64,000 bases of DNA from the human T2T-CHM13v2.0 reference genome, Homo sapiens. The stretch lies in the NCBI RefSeq assembly GCF_009914755.1, contig NC_060933.1. The stretch is one strand, 5' to 3'. A model generated the notes under the pieces. That model did no database searches. It was not told the DNA's origin and saw only the letters and a program-made list of their open reading frames with translations. Below are positions 14,251 to 29,142 of this stretch, piece by piece; the first letter of the stretch is position 1, and the number at the start of each line of letters is the position of its first letter. The translations under genes and the position numbers were made by a program.

Positions 14251-16815
14251 AATCCTCAGAATACACAATGCAATATGAGTTTTATTTTAATGAAATCCAT
14301 GTGTTTATAGCCATTTCAGATTTGCAGTAAAGTATTTGCAGGTCACAGAAACATTTACAGTAAAATGTCACTTCAGTATGTGTCTGCCTAATTTAACTCT
14401 TTACCATATCAGACTTTTCTTTCTCAAATTAAAGTGGTTAAGAGTGATTTAAATGTAGAAATAGAAAACATTAATACTAAGTGATTATGGCATCTCTGTT
14501 ATTGTACTTTCTTTTTAGCACAAGTTCTGGGTTTAGCACAGAATCAGAGAATTTGTTACAAACAGGATTTAATTAAGTGATTCACTAGCGCATTTGCAGA
14601 CAGCCTTTCTGCTTCTCCTGTTGCATATTGAGAGAGAACATGCTAGCATGAGAACAATCCTCTTCAGGGGATATACTAAAAATAAGGAAGTTCTTGTGTT
14701 TAAGTTAAATGTAAACAGCACCTTTGCACACTATTCAGTGGAAGAAGTAATTTTAACTCCTACCCCATTTCTTGGCCTTAAGGATTTAATTTTTTAGTTA
14801 GGTTGTTTTTTTTTTCTCTTTTATTTTATCACATGTGCATCGGCACATGAAAGGAAGCCGATAGAAAGATGTTTAATTTTTCTAAAGCTGAGAAGCTATA
14901 TGTCTTAAGGGTAATTAAATTATGATTTTGTGATTTTTCAATATGGATTATCAAACTTGAGGCCTTTAGAGCCTGCAGTAGATCCTTGGAAAGCCACAGC
15001 TAACATTTCGCTATTTTCCCACCCAGAGACCTACCTATTTCAAAAAGGAAAAATTATGCTTTTCTGCTTCAATTGTTGAATAGCCTCCTCATATGTTTTA
15101 TTTGTAAAACAAAATATACACATTGTGAAAATGACAAAAACTGCACAGTGTGAAAAGAAACCATCTAGCTTGCATAGGCACATATTTTTACATATTTGTT
15201 TCTAAATGTACAAACAGGATCTGCTCTACAAAATGCTCCAGGATAGTATTTGTTTCAAATTTATGTAATCAGCCATGTTGCAAGATGGTATTCAAAGAAA
15301 AGCTCAAAGATGTGTTATCCTGGTCTCATCTCTAACATCCCCCCGCTCCCTGTAAATAACAGAGATGAAAATATACTTATTGTCAAATGATACACTAAAA
15401 TATGGAAATGTCTTTATGTTATAAAACATAGTCATATCTAAAATATGAGCTCCAGCCTGGAGAGAATTTTTGTGTGAGGGGAGAACTCAGTTAAAGATCA
15501 GGGCTTTCTGCCTGTTTTGTAGATCTTAAAGTTTATAAGTAGATTTCCAGATGTTATACTATCAAACTATAACTTGAGTTCAGTTCATTAAAATTTCGTT
15601 GTTGATCAGGACCCTCAACTGAATTTCCAAATTATCTCTCTCTTACATATTCATTTTAATGGCCTTTTGGCAGCCTGCGTCTTGCACTTGCAGTTTTATT
15701 GACAGACATCATCCTTTAACACAAGATTTTTTGAACCCTGAACCAGCACATGCAAAACAAGACATGTGCCTTTCTGGAAAACCAGGGCTCGCCAAAAGAA
15801 TGGCTGGCATAGCCTCCCAATCGCAATCAAACCCAAGAATCTTTTAATTATGCAACAGATATGTTAAAAAATAAAAAGAAAAGGAAAGAAAAAAATTTAA
15901 AATACTCTGGAAAACTGGATCGTTACTGGACTCTAATTCTTTCAGTTTATTGCAAAGGGTTCCAGCAATGCTTACCCTAAACATAAATGTGTCTCTTAAA
16001 TGTGATTTAGAGTTTACAAAATATAGAGATTATTCCAAAATAATAAAACTCTATGGCCTGGCTGAGGAAGACTGAATCATCTTTTATTAGGACACTTTAT
16101 TTTTTCCTGAGTTATTAAAGATGTTACATAAGGGCACAATTAGCACATTTGCTGGCCCTAATCTCAGAGAGATAAGATCAAACACCCCATAGAGCAAGAT
16201 AGATGGTATGTACTGATAGAACAAATTATCCTTCAGTGAATTTATAGCTAGGGTGGGAATGCACTGCCTTGCTACCTGTGCTGACCAATTTTTTTGGCAG
16301 ACATAAACCACAGTTTTAATAGGCTTCCTGCTCAAGTTTTGGAAAAACCTTCTTGCCAGTATAACTACTGGAAGAAATTGCAAAGATTTCTTCAAATCAA
16401 AGGCCAACGCAATGTGGAGGATCTTTCAGAAAGACTAATTGATAAAATAAACTAAGAAAGGCAGAAACTAATTATGAGAATAAATATATTAATCACCCAA
16501 ATTTCTTTTAAATCCATTTCAGTGTTTATGAGAATTTGAGTCTATTCTTGTGTGCCTTCTGACTACATCCTGTTTCCCAAATTCTATTAGAAAGTAGTAT
16601 AATTATTCATACTTTAGAGAACTTTTTCATGCTGGCTTAGCTTATACAATTTCCTAGGAATTAACTTTGTGAAGTAGGAATATAAATTTTATTTGCTCTT
16701 TATAAACTTGTATTTGGGAAGAGAATAAAGCAAGTTTTAACTGAATTACAAAAAAAAAAAAAAGCAGATGATAATCATTCTATGGGAAAATAGGTAAATA
16801 AGCAGCACTCCAAAC

Positions 16816-16951
16816 TAGAGACTGGCAAACTACAGGCATAGTCTATTGCATTCAGCCCGTGAGCAGAGAGAATGCAACAGAGACTATGTGGCCCATAAAC
16901 CCTAAAATATTTGCTATCTATTCCTTTATAGAAAAAATTTGTCAACTCCTG
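16816..16951 (+). mobile_element. MER58A-like hAT MITE (internally deleted)
   Basis: Terminal inverted repeats (..GGCAAAC / TTTGTCAACTCCTG) and CAGAGACTATGTGGCCC..CCTAAAATATTT.CTATCT motif. Confidence 0.75.
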
Positions 16952-17089
16952 TTCTAAAACTAAGGACATCCTGCTGTACATTTTTGTTATTTCTTACCTA
17001 TACTTTGTTATTGCAAATAGGAATGACAAAACTGGAAATCAAGAAAAACTAAGAATAATTTTTCAAAAGTTAACAGTAATATGCTACTC

Positions 17090-17930
17090 ATTAGTATAAA
17101 TACTGTAGGATTCCATCTATGTGAAGTTCAAAAACAAGCAAAACTAAACTATCATGATAGAAATCAGATCACTGGTGACCTCTGGAGATGACTGACAAGG
17201 AAGCTGCATGAGTGAACGTCTCAGAGTGATGAAAATGTCCTATATCTTTACTAGGGTAGTGGTTACAAAATGGTATATACAGATATAAGATTTCATTGAA
17301 TTGTTCAGTTGAAATATGCAATTTACTGTCAATAAGTTATAATAAAAATGTAAATCAATCGAGAAAAGCATAGATATGTTTATACTATCTATGTATCTGC
17401 ACATTTTGTAGTATAACGTAAAGAAAAAAAATTTAACAGCATCCAGAAAAAGAAAAAAAAATCATATTATCTACAAAGTAACATCATTTAGACAAAAAAC
17501 AGATTTATCAACAACAATGGAGGCCAAAATACAATGGAATACAATCTTTAAAATGCTGGGAGAAAATAAATATCAGCCTAAAATTCTCTAACTGGCTACC
17601 CTGTCATTCAAAAGTAAAAGTAAAGTAAAATAATTTGTAGGAAACAGATTAAGAAAGTTTTTCACATATAGACCCTCAATGAGAAAACTACTAAAGAATG
17701 TGCTTCAGGAAGAAGACAATGGAATCTAAAAGGAAGAAATGGAGTGAAAAATGTGATATAGAACAAGGAGATAGATAGATATAAATAAGCATTTACTGTA
17801 AAGAAAAAGTTAGCTCTAATACAAATTATTAATTTAGGAGTGTTTGAAAAACAAGGTAGAATTGAAATACCAAACAAAAATTCATTGTGCTATATACTTA
17901 ATATTTGTACATTTTACTGCACATAGACTA
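17090..17930 (+). mobile_element. Ancient L1M fragments (a 3' UTR piece followed by an ORF1-region piece)
   Basis: ATACTGTA.GATTCCAT.TATGTGAAGTTCAAAAACAAGCAAAACTAA L1ME-type 3' motif, then A-rich ORF1-like sequence. Confidence 0.65.
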
Positions 17931-18038
17931 CATTCGCTTTTTGAAATGTTACTAGAATAACAACCATCCTATTCCATTATTGTTAACACAAAGATAAGTA
18001 CCATCATCATTTTAATTGCCTCCTATTCACTCCATTGG

Positions 18039-18509
18039 TGATGGAGGGTTTCCTGCCCTAGGGTTGTGGAGGTGGCTGAAACTATACATGACACTGGACA
18101 GATAAAATCAATAGGAGTTTATTGGTCACATATACTCACAGCCTGGGGGAGGAGCATATACCTCCCCAATGTAGGGAGGCACAGGGGCACACTCTGGAAT
18201 GGAGTGAACAAGTAGGGGCTGTGAAAGGCAGGTGTTGTAGTATCAAGAGTTTGAGGTACTCCCTGGGCCACGGGAGGCTGTGATTGACTGAATCATTCTG
18301 TGGATTGGCAGGGAACCAAAACTCACTACTCAGGGCTAATCAGGAACTGCATCTAGTCCTTCTGATAAAGAGGGCTGTTTGGCTAGGGGAGGTTAGCAAC
18401 GAGAACAGAGTGGAGAGCAGAACTTGCAGTTAGGCCATTTGAATTCCTCCTCCTTCCTCCCAGATGTTGAGGCAGCACATAATATTGGGCCTTAATCGCA
18501 GGCCTTACA
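18039..18509 (-). mobile_element. Solo ERV LTR (ERV1-class; family uncertain)
   Basis: About 470 bp. Minus strand begins TGTAAGGCC..ATTAAGGCCCAATATTATGTGCTGCC, has AATAAA near its 3' end and ends in CA. Confidence 0.65.
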
Positions 18510-19985
18510 CTGTAATTATTACCTTGCCCAAGAACTGAATTAAACCCTGGAAGTGTTGATGTCCAAGCTTTTGCACCATATGGGGGAGTTATGAAGGAGT
18601 ATATTACTCAGTAGTGTGCCTAATTCTTATTTCTAGTAGTCTTAGAGAGTACAATTTTAATAAAAGAAGGTGGAAAAGAAAAAACATTGTAATGCATAAT
18701 GGTAGTTATATTGTTGAAGACCATTAGAAAAATATGGTATAGTTGTTAAGGATTGTTCAAGAAGTGTATGTGTGTGTGCCTGTGTGCATCTGAGAACAAT
18801 GATCCACACTCAGTAGACTTTGATCTGTCTCCAACCATTGAGAAGGCCCCAAGAGAAGGAAACTGCACTGTGTATACCAAAGCCCCAGATAGACTCTGCT
18901 GCTTATTATCAACATGTCAGACTTAGAGGAATGTATTGATGTAGGGAGATGGAGAAATCCTGAAAAATTCTTTAGGTGGAGATTCCCAAAAAGGTGAATA
19001 GAAAATCCCATTATGTATGTCTAAAGAAGGTGCGCAAGAAGGGGAAGAGGTAGATCTCAGGTTAAGTAAGGAAGTTTAGGAACTATTATGTTATAGAAGT
19101 ATGCTTTTGGTAAAAGGGACAGAGCCCTGCTTATGAATATTCCACTCCTATTTCTCTCTTATCTCCTGTATTCGCTCATGTCTTAAAAGTTGTTCATGTT
19201 CAGTGTGAAAAAAAATATTTTTCAAACCTTAGAAAATGATATCAAAAGCATATTTTTGGTTTATGATGTTATTACCAGACTCTTCTGAAAAGTATCTAGC
19301 ATTTCTGATAGATTTTGATGAGTTTGAGTTTTTTTTTTTTTTTTTCCAAAAGGGTGGGGGTTGTTAGGAAGCTAGATTTTACCTATCCTGCTAATTATCC
19401 ATATTTAATGAGCCAAATGATTTTTAACTAGACATTTCCTTCTTACCTTTAGCTAATAATATTGTCTGTTCACCTGCAGTTTTCTATAATATCCACCCAA
19501 AGAGAAGTCTAACCCATCTCTATTGAAGGCAGGTTAGTTTGAAATCAAAATTTGACATGTGTTTGCAATCAATTCATCTGAGAAGATGCTTTAAAAACAG
19601 ACAAGGATCTATATTTCATAATAAAGAAAACATATGGTAGAGTTTATTTCATGATTACAACCATTTTCCAACAGTCAAATACAACTCTCGAATTAGAAAA
19701 TGTAGCAGAATTGGTGAAGTAGGAGGGAATACATGGTGAAACCTACAACTGCTGAAGATTAGGGAAAGTTGCTCCTTGCAGATACATGTAATAGCATTTA
19801 AATCTCAGCCTGTCCATTTCTAAGCACATGCAGAGAAATCCTGTATCCAATTTGGTGACTGGAAGCTTCTTATGGTCCTCAGAGAATGAGGAGAGCTGAT
19901 AAAGGATTTCCTAAAATCTTTCAGGATTTTAAAAGTTTCACCTAAAACATATTCTCTAGGTGTATGGAATGGAGTTCATCAGCTA

Positions 19986-21203
19986 CAATGGTTTTCAACT
20001 GGAAGTAATTTTGCCACTTGGGGACATCATTTGGCAACGTCTGGAGAGTTGGGGTTTTTTTTTTATGTCTATACTTTAAGTTCTGGGACACATGTACAGA
20101 ATGTGCAGGTTTGTTACATAGGTATACATGTGCCATGGTGGTTTGCTGTACCCTTCAACCTGTCATCCACATTAGGTATTTCTCCTAATGCTATCCCTCC
20201 CCTTGCCTCCCACCCCCTTGACAGGCTCCAGCATGTGATGTTCCTCTCCGTGTGTCCATATGTTCTCAATGTTCAACTGCCACTTATGAGTGAGAACATG
20301 TGGTGTTTGGTTTTCTGTTCCTGTGTTAGTTTGCTGAGAATGATGGTTTTCAGCTTCATCCATGTCCCTGCAAAGGACATGAACTCATCCTTTTTTATGG
20401 CTACATAGTATTCCATGGTGTATATGTGCCACATTTTTCTTTATTCAGTCTAACATTAATGGGCATTTGGGTTGGTTCCAAGTCTTGCTATTGTGAATAG
20501 TGCTGCAGTAAACATAGGTGTGCATGTGTCTTTATAGTAGAATGATTTATAATCCTTTGGGTATATACCGAGTAATGGGATTGTTGGGTCAAATGGTATT
20601 TCTAGTTCTAGATCCTTGAGGAACCCCCACTGTCTTCTACAGTGGTTGAACTAATTTACACGCCCACCAACAGTGTAAAAGTGTTCCTATTTCTGCACAT
20701 CCTCTCCGGCATCTATCGTTTCCTAACTTTTTAATGAAGGCCATTGGAAAAGCATAGTATCTGGCCCGGATAGCTCCATACCTCATGGCACGGTCCCTCA
20801 CGGCTTCCCTTGGCTAGGGGAGGGAGTTTCCCGACCCCTTCTGCTTCCCTGGTGAGGCGACACCCCACCCTGCTTCAGCTCCCCCTCCGTGGGCTGCACC
20901 CACTGTCTAACTAGTCCCAGTGAGATGAACTGGCTACCTCAGTTGGAAATGCAGACATCACCTGCCTTCTGCGTTGATCTCACTGGGAGCTGCAGACTGG
21001 AGCTGTTCCCATTTAGCCATCTTTCCTGGGAATCTTTTTGTTTTAATTGTCAAGACTTGAGGACAGGAGTCGCCACTGATATCCAGTTGGTCAGTCCAGC
21101 CAGGGACGCTGTTAAATATTTTGCCGTGTATGAGACAGCCTCCCACAGCAAAGAATTATGCAGCCCCAAGTGCTGACAATAGCGGTAAGGTTGAGAAACC
21201 CCG
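19986..21203 (+). mobile_element. MER20 (hAT) split in two by an L1 insertion
   Basis: 5' half at 19986-20050 (..GGGACA..TTTGGCAACGTCTGGAGA) and 3' half at ~21040-21203 (..CAAAGAATTAT.CAGCCCC..GGTTGAGAAACCC). Confidence 0.8.
20056..21032 (-). mobile_element. Internally deleted L1PA (about L1PA7/8-like): ~290 bp of 5' UTR fused to ~690 bp of 3' end
   Basis: The minus strand starts AAGATGGCTAAATGGGAACAGCTCCAGTCTGCAGCTCCCAG (L1 5' UTR start). At ~20736-20745 it switches to CATTAAAAAGTTAGGAAAC (ORF2 C-terminal region), then the 3' UTR and A tail. Confidence 0.9.
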
Positions 21204-21732
21204 AGCTGAGCTATCAGGGGTCACACTTCACGATGACAGTGTCAGGGCTCCCCTGGTTAAGTGTGTGATGTGGGGAAGAGTCTCTACGAGGAACAAACGA
21301 TCCAAGAAGAACTAACTGGTAAGATTTTTCTTGCTAAAGTCTTGAGAAAAAAAATCAATGTTATCCTAACTCAGACTGAATTTTAAAAGAAATAATAAAA
21401 GGTCAAATGGTAAACAATCTCTTAAGGAGTTAACAGGATCCAAAGAGTTAATTTGAATAGGAATGGAAGTGAGCATAATTACGGTTGAAGCAGAGAGACA
21501 GTAAAAAGAGAGGCTCTAGCAGTTAATATCCAACAGAGAAAAGTTAGCTCGGTTAAGACTCTGGTTATGGCTGCCTGGGAAAAGGGCCTTTCTTTCAGGG
21601 AGGAAACCAGTGAATGAGTTCATGATTAGTGTCAAATTAAGGCTGTATTCTCATAGAGGAGCTATGAGTAGAAGCCAGGGAATCAGATTATTGGGGAAGT
21701 TGGAGTGCAGGAGCACCATGATAACCAGCTGA

Positions 21733-21736
<4 letters not shown>

Positions 21737-21767
<31 letters not shown>
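21737..21767. repeat. Poly(A)31 tract
   Basis: Pure A run with no recognisable retroelement body upstream. Confidence 0.9.
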
Positions 21768-21768
<1 letters not shown>

Positions 21769-22997
21769 CAACTAGAAGTAAAGCCAGGATAAGCAGAAAG
21801 TCACATAGAGAGACAGGAATTGAGTGGTAAACTTGGCAGCAGGTTTGAGAATCCCAGGAGTAAACGCTCTGTGGATAAGTCTGTGGGCATAGCCACATTA
21901 TGAAGCCTGTGCCCAAGGCCCTCAATCGCACTCTTCTGGCTCATGATACCCAGTCTAATTTTATCCCAATGAAAACTAAAAGATCTCATTTGACATTTCC
22001 TTGGATGTCCTTGTGTAGTATGTAATGAACCCAGACAGAAATAAACCGTGTTAAGGCTCAATTCTCAATGGAGGCAGCTACCTGCTATATTCATTCTAGA
22101 TCCCAGAATCTCGATGTAAAAGTTTAGTGAGTCCAGATAGTGAAGACATTTTTCTAAAATAGTATCTCGAGAGCTATTTTATTCAGATAGTTATTAAGGC
22201 AACAAGAAGATTGATTGAAGACGACTGAACTATAGAATTTTACGCTTTAATAATTTTACTACCAGAATCATCGTGATACCCTTGCAACAAAGAGGAAAAA
22301 CTCCAAGAAAGTGTAGTAAAACAACTTTGCCTCAGTAAACAAGAAAAATAAACAGGATTATAGAAATTGTGAATATAACACACCTTGAACAAATAATAAT
22401 AATGAACTGAACCAGTGACATTGGCATCATGTCACGCACATTATCTTCCCACCTGCAAGGTCAATGTTACTTTATTTTATACATGATGACACTTAGCTAT
22501 AAATTTTGTAAGTGGGCCCTAAAGCAGCAAAATTTGTAGAAGCAGTACTTTAGTGTTTTGGGGTTTTTTTGTGTGTGTTTTGGTCAGTAGAAGAACTACA
22601 GAGGGAGTTGAGATTTTTAAAAAGCATAGTTATTTTGCTGTTACAGTGAGAGAATTGGGCAGTGGCATTAAATTTCCACTTCAGTACTGAAAGACATACT
22701 CATCGAATACATGCCATCTCAATACAGACAGTGAACACATTTCCTGATCTCAGGATGAGAACGTGATCCTATTTATGTAGATGTGTTACGTGGAGGGCAC
22801 TGGGGGTAATCAATACACAATATCTATGGGCAAAAAACAGATTTATATAGACTTTTTATTTTCAGTTAAAGACTAAGGAAAAACAATATATAGGGCATGA
22901 AAAATTTGAACCAGACGTGGAAAAGAGACCTCTGAAGACACAGACGATGAGAATATTTCTGAACATTGTTAAGTACAAGAATAAAGATATAATAAGC

Positions 22998-23370
22998 TGT
23001 ATTATATGAGGCAACAAACAATTCTTAAATATTAGTGGCTTACAACAAATAAGTGTAGTTCTTGCTTAAATTCTATGTCTGTCATAAGTAAGCTTTACGG
23101 CTCTACTTATCTTTGTCTCCGAAGGACTCAGGCTGATGGAGCTTTGTCTTTTCCTTCTGTGACTGTCAAATCAGAGGAAGAGAGCATGGAAAACTAAGCA
23201 TTGACTCTTAGAGTTTCCACTCAGAAATAACTTGCATCACTTATATGCACATTGCATTTGCTTAAGCATCACAGAGCCAGGCCTGATATCGAGATGGAGA
23301 ACAGTCTTACTTTGTGCTCAAACTGAGAGAACAAACTGCTGTGAAACTCTATTTTCTAACAGCTATCACA
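22998..23370 (-). mobile_element. Old MaLR LTR (MLT1J/K-like), probably followed by internal sequence
   Basis: AACAAAC..AAAT.TTAGTGGCTTACAACAA and GGACTCAGGCTGATGGAGC motifs. Confidence 0.55.
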
Positions 23371-23687
23371 ATCAACTCTTCTGGTCACAAATATATCATT
23401 GACTTTTTCTTCTGCCAGCAAATTATACTTACTCCCTTCCTAAGTTCTATCCAATCACAACACTGAGCTGAACTTCTATATGTGGTTCCTTGTGGTCTAC
23501 AAACCTGTGAAGCAAAATGAAAAGTTATCTGTCTCCCATACTGCTGATATGCAACTTCAGAAAAGGAAAGAAATTCAAAAAGGAAAGAAAGAGTTCTACA
23601 TTCACTTGTTTAAAGCAATTCTGAAATCCCATTAGATAGTTATTGCAAGGGTACTCTACCCTGGAGGTGGGAAATGTTCTATCATGA

Positions 23688-24047
<360 letters not shown>

Positions 24048-24877
24048 CATTCATTTTATCTTATCCTCGGCCACATCTGGAGAGGTTTTGGAAGCTCCTT
24101 CTTCAAGTCTTGCCAGCTTCCTCACACTGCTTCATGGATGTGGAATTGTGGGGGCCTAAAGGATCTTACTTACTATAGCCACAAATAATAAAAAATTAGA
24201 AGTGACTGAACAAGAAATGTGCAGGAACTATAATCTATCTAAATCTAGACCTATTTATATAGATCATCAATAAAATTGTGATCTTCTTTATGAAAGAAAA
24301 GACTACATTCACTGATTCGAATAAAGTAACAACCAGAAAAACATACTGGAACATTTAATGGAAAATGAAGAAATATCAAGGCCATATAATATTTCTCACA
24401 AATCAGTAAAAAGAAAAAACAACAATGTAAGGCAGGCAAATGATAAAAACAGACAGTTGAGAATAAAGGAATATAAACAGTAAGTAAATATCTCAACTTT
24501 GCTGGTAACCAGAAAAAAAAAGAAAAGCCACTATTAATATCACTTTTGTCTTTTATATTGGCAAGAATAGCAAAGGTTACAAAACACAAGGAAGTGAATA
24601 CTTTGCACTGTTGATTTGAGTGGAAATGTTTAAAATTTTTTCAAAAGCAATTTGGCAATATTAATACAAAATTAACATGAAAGCATCCTTTGGTAGCAAA
24701 CCAGAGAAATAACTATTCATGAATATTTTATATCTGTATCATTATATTGGTATCTCTATATCTTTTTCCCTCTCTATATGCACTACAGTTTTGTGATAGT
24801 AAAACAATGTAGTTAATTACCTCAATAAGTGAAGTTATAGAAGAAATTAAGGTATACCCATAATATAAAACACTTGG

Positions 24878-25271
<394 letters not shown>

Positions 25272-26489
25272 TCAGCGAAAATAAAAAGGTGTAATTATTT
25301 ATTTACAAATTGAAATTTTAATACAAAAATATCTGTTCATGTATACCAATATATAGTAAGGGAAATAGTAGTACACATTCTGAATTCCTGACAGAAGATA
25401 CTATAGGAAGGGCAGTTGGAATTAAAAGTGGGAGAATGATTAAGGAGATTTTTCTAATTTTACCTCGTTGACTATGTTTGGATGTTTTATCATAAAATTA
25501 AAAATGAATTGATGAGACTTGGACTTCTATCCAAGACGGAATTTCAGCAAATGGAGTTACATTCCAGCCTAAAACAAACAAAAATGGAAAAAATATCTGA
25601 AACAATGGTTTCAATATGCTGGACTTGAGACAATGAATGATAGTGATGCTTGGGAGATGGCCCAAGTGAGGGAAGCACTACAACTATCCCAGATCACTGC
25701 CTTGGCAGGTTTTCCAGTCCATGTCGAAGGGAGGCAGGTGGAGCCCAGGAGAATCCCTGAGTTGAGGAGACAGAGGTGAGAGACTAGACAGATCACGTGG
25801 CTTGAGTTTGCAGGATAGAGTACTGGAGAACAGAGAGCTACACAGAGACAGAACTCCTGACATTGAATTGGGGGCCTCTTTAAGTATTCAGCTGAGCACT
25901 AGTAAGGGCAAGCATTGAGAAAATTACAATAGGTTAGGGAAAGAACCACCTGAAAGACGAGCAGTAATAGTACCCAGTGCTCACACAGGACTGAAATAGT
26001 GCATGTTCTCACCAAACAGAGTGGAAAAGCTCAAGACTCATGGGGAACTAGGTAGAGTGCACATAAGAATCTTGCCTCGGTGGTGGGAATCATTACCCCT
26101 ACACTGAGCACTACTCTAGCTCCTCCCAACATATCTGAAAAGCAAGCTCCAAAAGGATAAAACTGTTTTTAAGTAACTTAACCTCGTCCTGAGAACAAAA
26201 CTCAAGAATATAAGAATACAAACATATCCCATATCCCAAAAGGTAAAATTCACTAAATCTGACATTTAATCAAAATCAAACATTATCAGACATGCAAAGA
26301 AGCAAGAAAATACAACCCACAGTGAGGAGAAATATCTGTCAGTCAAATTCAACACAGAACTGACAGATGTTAAAACTAACAAAGACATTAAAACAGTAAT
26401 TAAAACTATTCCATATGTTCAAAACCTTGAGCAGAAACGTGGAAATATAACAAAAGAGCCAATAATTTGTGATTTTAAAAATACACTGA

Positions 26490-26782
26490 GGCTGGGCCCA
26501 GTAGCTCATGCCTGTAATCTCAGCAGTTTGGGAGGCCGAGGCAGGTGGATCCCTTGAGGTCAGGACTTCAAGACCAGCCTGGCCAACATGGTGAAACCCT
26601 GGGTCTACTAAAAATACAAAAATTAACCAGGCGTGGTGGCTCACACCTGTAGTCCCGGCTACTCAGGAGGCTGAGGCAGGAGAATCGCTTGAACCCAGAG
26701 GCAGAGGTTGTAGTGTGTGAGATTGAGCCACTGCACTCTAGCCTGGGCAACAGAGCAAGACTCTGTCTCAGAAAAAAAAAAA
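26490..26782 (+). mobile_element. Alu (AluSx/Sz-like)
   Basis: Full dimer with A tail. TSD-like AAAAATACA. Confidence 0.95.
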
Positions 26783-27166
26783 TACAGTTGGAGGAATCAA
26801 TGAACTTGGAGACATAAAATATGAATTACCAAAAAGGATCATAGAGAAAAAAATAAAATTAATGAAACATCAACGAGCTATAGGAAAGCTAAGATGTGTT
26901 CTATTATATGTGAAAGTGGTATCCCTGAAGGGGGGTGGGTTAATGAATGTAAATTTTGTTTAAAGAGCAGACAGGAAAAATGAAACAGAGAAAAGATGGG
27001 GCAAATAGGAAAGATGTAACAAGATGATGTAACTAACTCTAAACATATCAATAGCCACATTAAATATAAATGGTCTAAATATCCTCATTAAAAGATAGAA
27101 ATTGGTTGGACACAAAAGACCCCATTATACCTGAGTACAATAAATGCACTTTAAAATAGAGATAAA

Positions 27167-27460
<294 letters not shown>

Positions 27461-28931
27461 AAGAGACAAAACAGGTTAAAAGTAAAAGAATGGAGAAAGA
27501 TATGTTATGCTAATTAAAAGTACTACTATGCTAACACTAATTAAAACAAAGTCAGAGTAGCTATATTAATATCACACAAAGCAGATTTCAGAACAAAAAC
27601 TATTTTCAGGGGTAAAGAAGGCAATTCACAATAACAAAAGGCACAATTCATCAAGAAGGCATAGTAATCCTAAAATTTTATTCACTTCATAATATAGCTT
27701 CAAAATGCATGAAACAAAGAGTGATAAGATTGCTTAGAAAAATAGGTAAATCCACAATTATAGTCAAAGATTTCAATATTCCTCTCACAATAACTGAGAG
27801 AAGAAGTACACAGAATTCAGTAAGGATACTGAAGTTCTGGACAATACTCTTAACCAACTTGACCATTGACAATCAGAGAACACTCCACCCAACAATAGCA
27901 GAACATGCATTATTTTAAAGTGCACATAAAACTACTTACCAATGTAAACCATATTTTGTGACATAAAACAAGGGTCAATAAATTTAAAACGATTCAAGTC
28001 ACACCAAATAGTTCATTAAGCACAATGGAATTAAGTTAGAAATCAAAACAGAAAGGTATCTGGAAAACCCCCAAATACATGAAAACAAAATATTAAGATT
28101 ATGTGAAATAATAAAAAGAAATACAACTATCAAAGCATTATTTAATACTGCTCAAACATAAGACTAAAGAATAGAATAAACATAGAAAATTAAACGATAA
28201 AGAGAAAACCATTTTCTAATTTTCAAAGAATGCTGAGAAAAAGGAAAATTAGCAGAAATAATGACAGATAATGTAGCATGTGAATGACTGAGAGCTAAGT
28301 TTCAACTTAAAAATAAGTATTTCTGGAAAAACAAAACTAGCACGAATCTAGAAATATATTTTAATATTAAAAGAAAACAATCTCCTGAGTGGAAAAATAT
28401 ATCAGGATTTTAAAGAAAATATTTTTCCAAAAATTTGCCAGCCTACTAATTATGCTGTAAAAAGCCATGATATCTATATATTAAAACCACTTCAAATGAA
28501 GTAATAGAGGTGTGAAATGAAAGCATCACGTCAAATTACTTTATGATAGAAGATACTATATACAGGTCCAGATCACCTCCTCCATGTATAGTAGAAACAT
28601 TGTTTTTGGGAAACTTGTGTTACTACCTCTCAAATATGGAGCATGTCCAGATGGAAAATAATTTATCCCTTAAGCTGTGAGTTAAAACCTATGTAATGAA
28701 ATCTGGATGTTGTAATGTTATATAAGGTTGTTTTGAGCAGAGGATAAGAGGGTAATAGGAAAACCACTTTTAAGTAGTCTATGGTTCTCTTGGAGTATTT
28801 CAAAATTAATCTCACTTTTAAATGAAAAGAATTAAACTTTAGTCTGACCTAGAGACGACAGCCACCTACAAGATTTTAGAAATCGTACAATGGAAATGGC
28901 AGAATGGTGGAGGGATTGCAAGTTGCTAGAT

Positions 28932-29142
28932 CAGTGATTTTTAAGTGGGGTGATTTTGTCCCCCAAGGGACATTTGGCAATATCTAGAGACATTTTTGGC
29001 TATCACAATTGAGGGACAGGGATATTATTACTATCCAGAGGTCACAACCCGGGATGCTGCAAAATATAACACAAAAGACTCTCTCCTCACAGCAAAGAAT
29101 TATACAGCCTCATGTCAATATTGTTACTGTTGAGAAACTCTG
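28932..29142 (+). mobile_element. MER20 (hAT MITE)
   Basis: CAGTG..GGGACATTTGGCAATATCTAGAGACATTTTTGG..GTTGAGAAACTCTG. 8-bp TSD TGCTAGAT/TGCTAGGT. Confidence 0.9.

Noticed and set aside
15745-15770. Possible p53 response element (GCACATGCAA..AGACATGTGC)
   Set aside because: Several mismatches to RRRCWWGYYY and a spacer; not supportable from sequence alone.
21737-21767. Poly(A)31 as the tail of a processed pseudogene
   Set aside because: No convincing TSD, polyadenylation signal or upstream coding remnant.
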